Below, piece by piece: positions 60,743-64,000 of a stretch of 64,000 bases of DNA. A program made the position numbers and the translations under genes. Position 1 is the first letter of the stretch; each line of letters begins with the position of its first letter. Source of the DNA: Chloropicon primus (lineage: Eukaryota); contig CP060759.1 of the NCBI GenBank assembly GCA_023205875.1, forward strand, positions 992,001 through 1,056,000, given 5' to 3'. The notes under the pieces were generated by a model, which had not been told where the DNA came from, made no database searches, and worked only from the letters and a program-made list of their open reading frames with translations.

Positions 60743-61744
60743 ATGGCCAGTGCTTTGACGACGGAAAGAGAACTTCGCTCTCCCTTCATCGAGGACGGGG
60801 GACTGCAAGTAAGTGGACGACCAAAGAGAGACAGAGAGAGAGGTGGGGGCCCGTACGCAAGCTTACGGGCGGACGAGGGATTGGAGAGTTCGATGGCTGA
60901 CTTTGGTTCCTTGTGATTTCTGTTGGTTGGGTGTGTGAACCTTCGCCGCCGCGTGAAGACCTTCCCACTGAGCATGTTGTCTGAAAACCGCTCGACAAGT
61001 TCAGCCTCAGGAGATACCGCCACAACAAAGTTCAGACAGGGGGAGGAAAGCGAGAAGGGACAGGTGGCCAGAGACCTCTCGCTGGAGTTCAAGGAGAAGG
61101 AGAACAGGCAGCAACAGCACAACCAACAGCAGCAGCGACGAGGGTCCGCGGAGGAGAAGAGGGTGACGTTTAACATCGTTGAAGAGGGGAGGGAGGAGGA
61201 GAGCGGAAAGGGGATGGCCGGACTGGGCTCGAGCAGCTTCGAGTCCCCCAGGCGGAGGGAGAGGGACGAGTTCAAGAGCCTTCAGAAGGAGAGAGTGGGG
61301 TACAGCCCCGCATCCAAGCTGATCGTCCCGCCGATATCGAGCGCGCCCTTCCAGCAGCTGTCCAAGGTCGTCAACGGGGTGAAGGACCTGGAGAGGCGGG
61401 TGCTTTCGATCGAGAGGTTGGGCCAGGAGGGCAGGTCGATCGACGAGGTCATGAACAGCCACCTGACCTTGCAGCAGATGGAAGCGGATCGGAAGAGGTT
61501 GGAGACCGAGGTCAAACTGATACAGAGGAAGCTCAGCGACATCAGCTCCAAAATGTTGACCGGAGGCGCGGCCCCAACGATCCACGTGGCCCGCGAGAAG
61601 CAGGCGGGTGGACTGGTGCGGAACCTGGTGAAGCTTGCAGGCATGACCGCGCTCAACCTGCTCCTCCTCGTGGCCGCCATCGCCGTCGCTGCCTTGCTGA
61701 CAAACTGCAGGGAAAACTCGTTCGCGTACGAGACCCCGACTTAA
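60743..61744 (+). CDS. Coiled-coil, tail-anchored membrane protein ending ...ETPT (KASH-like) (intron 60809-60958)
   Basis: Phase-0 GTAAGT..AG intron, coiled coil, single C-terminal TM helix and a short ~13-aa tail. Confidence 0.72.
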
Positions 61745-61948
61745 GGACCGCCGTTGTAATACTACTGGGACTCGAGAAAAGCGAGGGCGGGACTTTTCGC
61801 TCCCCCGAAAGCTCGGGAGAGGGCAAAAGCAAGCCCAAGACGGCTGCGAGGCCGTCGTGCGCAACATCGAGGCGATTCTCAGATCTAAGGTTCGCAAGGT
61901 GCCTTTACAAACATAATTTCAAGTTGGGCGCGGTTGCTCGACCCCCTC

Positions 61949-62614
61949 TCAGAAGAATTTGCTCAAGAGATTGAGCACCCTGGCCTTTGGGAGACCCATG
62001 ACCCCGTCCATCGTCCCCTCGATCTTCACCACGTGGGGCTGCACCAGGGGGTGCTCCACCAGGAGCCCCCCCGCCGCCCAGAACACCTCGCCCTCCTTGA
62101 TCAAAGTCTCCACGGACTCCTCCGGGATGCTCTCGAAGTGAATGTTCGCGACGTCGATCTCGAGCTCCACCTTCCCCGTGCTGAGCTCGGTCACCGCGAT
62201 GGCTCCCACCGTCGAGGGGTACGACTTGGCGTACCCCTTGACGTTCTCCCTCACCTCCTCCTCGCTCTCGGGCTTCTCCAGGATCCTTCCCTCGTGCACG
62301 ACGACCTGGTCGCACGTGATGAGCAGGGTGTTTCCGTTATCCTCCGCCTCGAGCTTCTTCTTGATCGCCTCCGCCTTGGCCAAGGCAAGTGTGGTCACGA
62401 GGTCCTCTGGCTTCTCCCTCCGGATCGCCTTCTCGTCGATATCCGCGGTTCGCACTTGGTACTGGAGCAGTCCGTCCCCAACCTCGGAGCACAGCTCGTC
62501 CATCAGGGTCCTCCGCACCTTGGAGGACGAACCCAGGATGATCCGAGTCGCCTTTCCTCGAGGAGTCCTCAGAAACGTTCTCGCCGCACCCAACGCCGTC
62601 GACGCCATCGCCAT
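61949..62614 (-). CDS. Maf-family nucleoside-triphosphate pyrophosphatase
   Basis: IILGSSSKVRR, IDEK, LALAKA, LITCDQVV, ILEKP, AGG and VMGLP. Confidence 0.92.
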   Translation of the reverse strand: MAMASTALGAARTFLRTPRGKATRIILGSSSKVRRTLMDELCSEVGDGLLQYQVRTADIDEKAIRREKPEDLVTTLALAKAEAIKKKLEAEDNGNTLLITCDQVVVHEGRILEKPESEEEVRENVKGYAKSYPSTVGAIAVTELSTGKVELEIDVANIHFESIPEESVETLIKEGEVFWAAGGLLVEHPLVQPHVVKIEGTMDGVMGLPKARVLNLLSKFF

Positions 62615-62795
62615 TGGTTTTGCCGAATCAATTCGCGAGGCCAGCTGTCGGGGGGGGGGACGATGGGATGGCGATGGATTGAGAATGATGATATATTGAG
62701 ATATTGAAAGGAAAGGTTTGTTCTTACTAGTACATGTGCCCCGTCTGTCTGTCTGCCCGGATGAATGGTGAATCCCAGTCGGCCGACTGCACCTC

Positions 62796-64000
62796 TCAAT
62801 CGGTGATGGGTTCGAGCCCATACTGCTGGGCGATGGTGCGAACGAGCTCGAGGGAGGGGGGGTTCTCGCCGAAATGCAGGGCGTTGAGCGTGATGCCGAC
62901 CGCGACCTTCTCCCTAGGAATGCAAAACCCTGCATTTCCTCCCACGCCTAGATGGCCGACCGCCGGTACGATCTCTCCCGTCTTCAAGTCTCTGAACCTG
63001 AAGACTTGGAAGCCGAGCCCTTGCTGCCGGGAAAGGGAGCTGTTCTCCGAGGCTGAGGTGGAAGCTGACTTGGCGTGAGACAGGACCCTTTCCAACGTTT
63101 CGGGCCCAAGCAAGGGTTCCCCCTCCAAGAAAAGCTTGCTCAACAGCGTCGACACCCCCCTGGCTGTCATGTGGCTGTTCGCGGACGGCAGCGCCGCTGC
63201 TCGGACCTCCTTCATGTTGAACACTGTCGGGTTGGTGAACCCTGCGCCCAGGGGCTCGACCACGGACCCCGTCTGCCTGAGCTGGACCGGGTTCACCACG
63301 GAAGCTATCCTGTCGTCCTGGATCGAATCCGGCAGCCCTCCCACGAAGAGGTCGTCAGAAAGGCCCGCGGGCTCCAAAAACTCCTTCTCGATGAATTCGG
63401 CCATGTTCCTCCCGGTGGCTCCCTTCACGAGCCCGCCGACCAGCCAGCAGTACGAGATCGCGTGGTAATTGAATGTGCCAGCGCCTTGGGCAGGCGCCTT
63501 GGCCACGAAATCGACCATCTTCTCGAAGTCAAGCAAGGGGGCGAGGCCCTTCCTTTTCAAGTCGGGCATGGCGTTGGCCAAGCCAGCCTCGTGGGAGAGT
63601 AGTTGAGAGACCGTTATGTTCCCCTTGCCCTCCTGGCCGAACTCGGGCCAGTGCTTGGAAACGGGGTCGTCCAGGTTGACGACACCCCTCTCGACGAGGA
63701 GGTGCACAGCCGCAGCAAGGAGGGCCTTTGTGACCGAGAAGGCGATGAACAGAGTCTTCTCGGTGACGGGTCTCAAATCCATCTCTGAGACGGTCCCGGC
63801 GGCAACATTGGCCTCCAGCATTCCGTCCTTGAGGACCGTGCATTGGAGGCCTTGCAGCTTTTCCTTTTCGGAGAGCTCCTGGACGTTCCTTTCGAGCTTC
63901 TTCTGCAGCTCAGTCCGTGGAACGGGAAACGGGTACAGCAAATGCTGAGCTCGCTTCTCATCGGGCACGGCTTCCCTCACGGTCTCGATGGCCGTTTCGG
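62796..64000 (-). CDS. Beta-lactamase-family serine hydrolase domain (5' end beyond window; possibly the C-terminus of an ABC1-kinase fusion)
   Basis: FSVTK (SxxK), LLSHEAGL, YHAISY and GHLG. The frame is open to the window edge. Confidence 0.88.
   Translation of the reverse strand, partial: ETAIETVREAVPDEKRAQHLLYPFPVPRTELQKKLERNVQELSEKEKLQGLQCTVLKDGMLEANVAAGTVSEMDLRPVTEKTLFIAFSVTKALLAAAVHLLVERGVVNLDDPVSKHWPEFGQEGKGNITVSQLLSHEAGLANAMPDLKRKGLAPLLDFEKMVDFVAKAPAQGAGTFNYHAISYCWLVGGLVKGATGRNMAEFIEKEFLEPAGLSDDLFVGGLPDSIQDDRIASVVNPVQLRQTGSVVEPLGAGFTNPTVFNMKEVRAAALPSANSHMTARGVSTLLSKLFLEGEPLLGPETLERVLSHAKSASTSASENSSLSRQQGLGFQVFRFRDLKTGEIVPAVGHLGVGGNAGFCIPREKVAVGITLNALHFGENPPSLELVRTIAQQYGLEPITD

Overview
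Eukaryotic nuclear DNA from a very compact, GC-rich green-algal genome. It shows short GT-AG introns with CTGAC branch points, TGTAA-type poly(A) signals, plastid transit peptides and simple-sequence repeats in UTRs. A Chloropicon-like picoalga is my inference, not verified. About 35 genes are tightly packed: MRE11, COG3, PES/ELT acyltransferase, fumarate reductase-cytb5, UCH, APE1, PSB27, two carotenoid oxygenases, amidase, NDUFAF7, bacterial-type PPK1, a family-A DNA polymerase, TMEM19, a PKG-like kinase, an SDR, a CtlX-like amidinotransferase, a beta-helix/multi-TM receptor-like protein, Maf and a beta-lactamase-like domain. The standout is 26.7-29.7 kb. An intron-containing tRNA-Tyr(GTA) with no nearby oligo-T terminator is followed by short direct repeats and an ORF with a serine-recombinase (resolvase/IS607-TnpA-like) catalytic domain. 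That ORF overlaps, in the +1 frame, a Cys-rich ORF, which ends against a remnant of an ankyrin-repeat gene. This may be an undescribed tRNA-adjacent serine-recombinase element in a eukaryote. Other notable items are an orphan YjbQ 3' fragment bracketed by direct repeats, a candidate snoRNA cluster, a candidate algal KASH protein and small secreted-peptide genes. All calls come from motif recognition by eye; no database searches were run.
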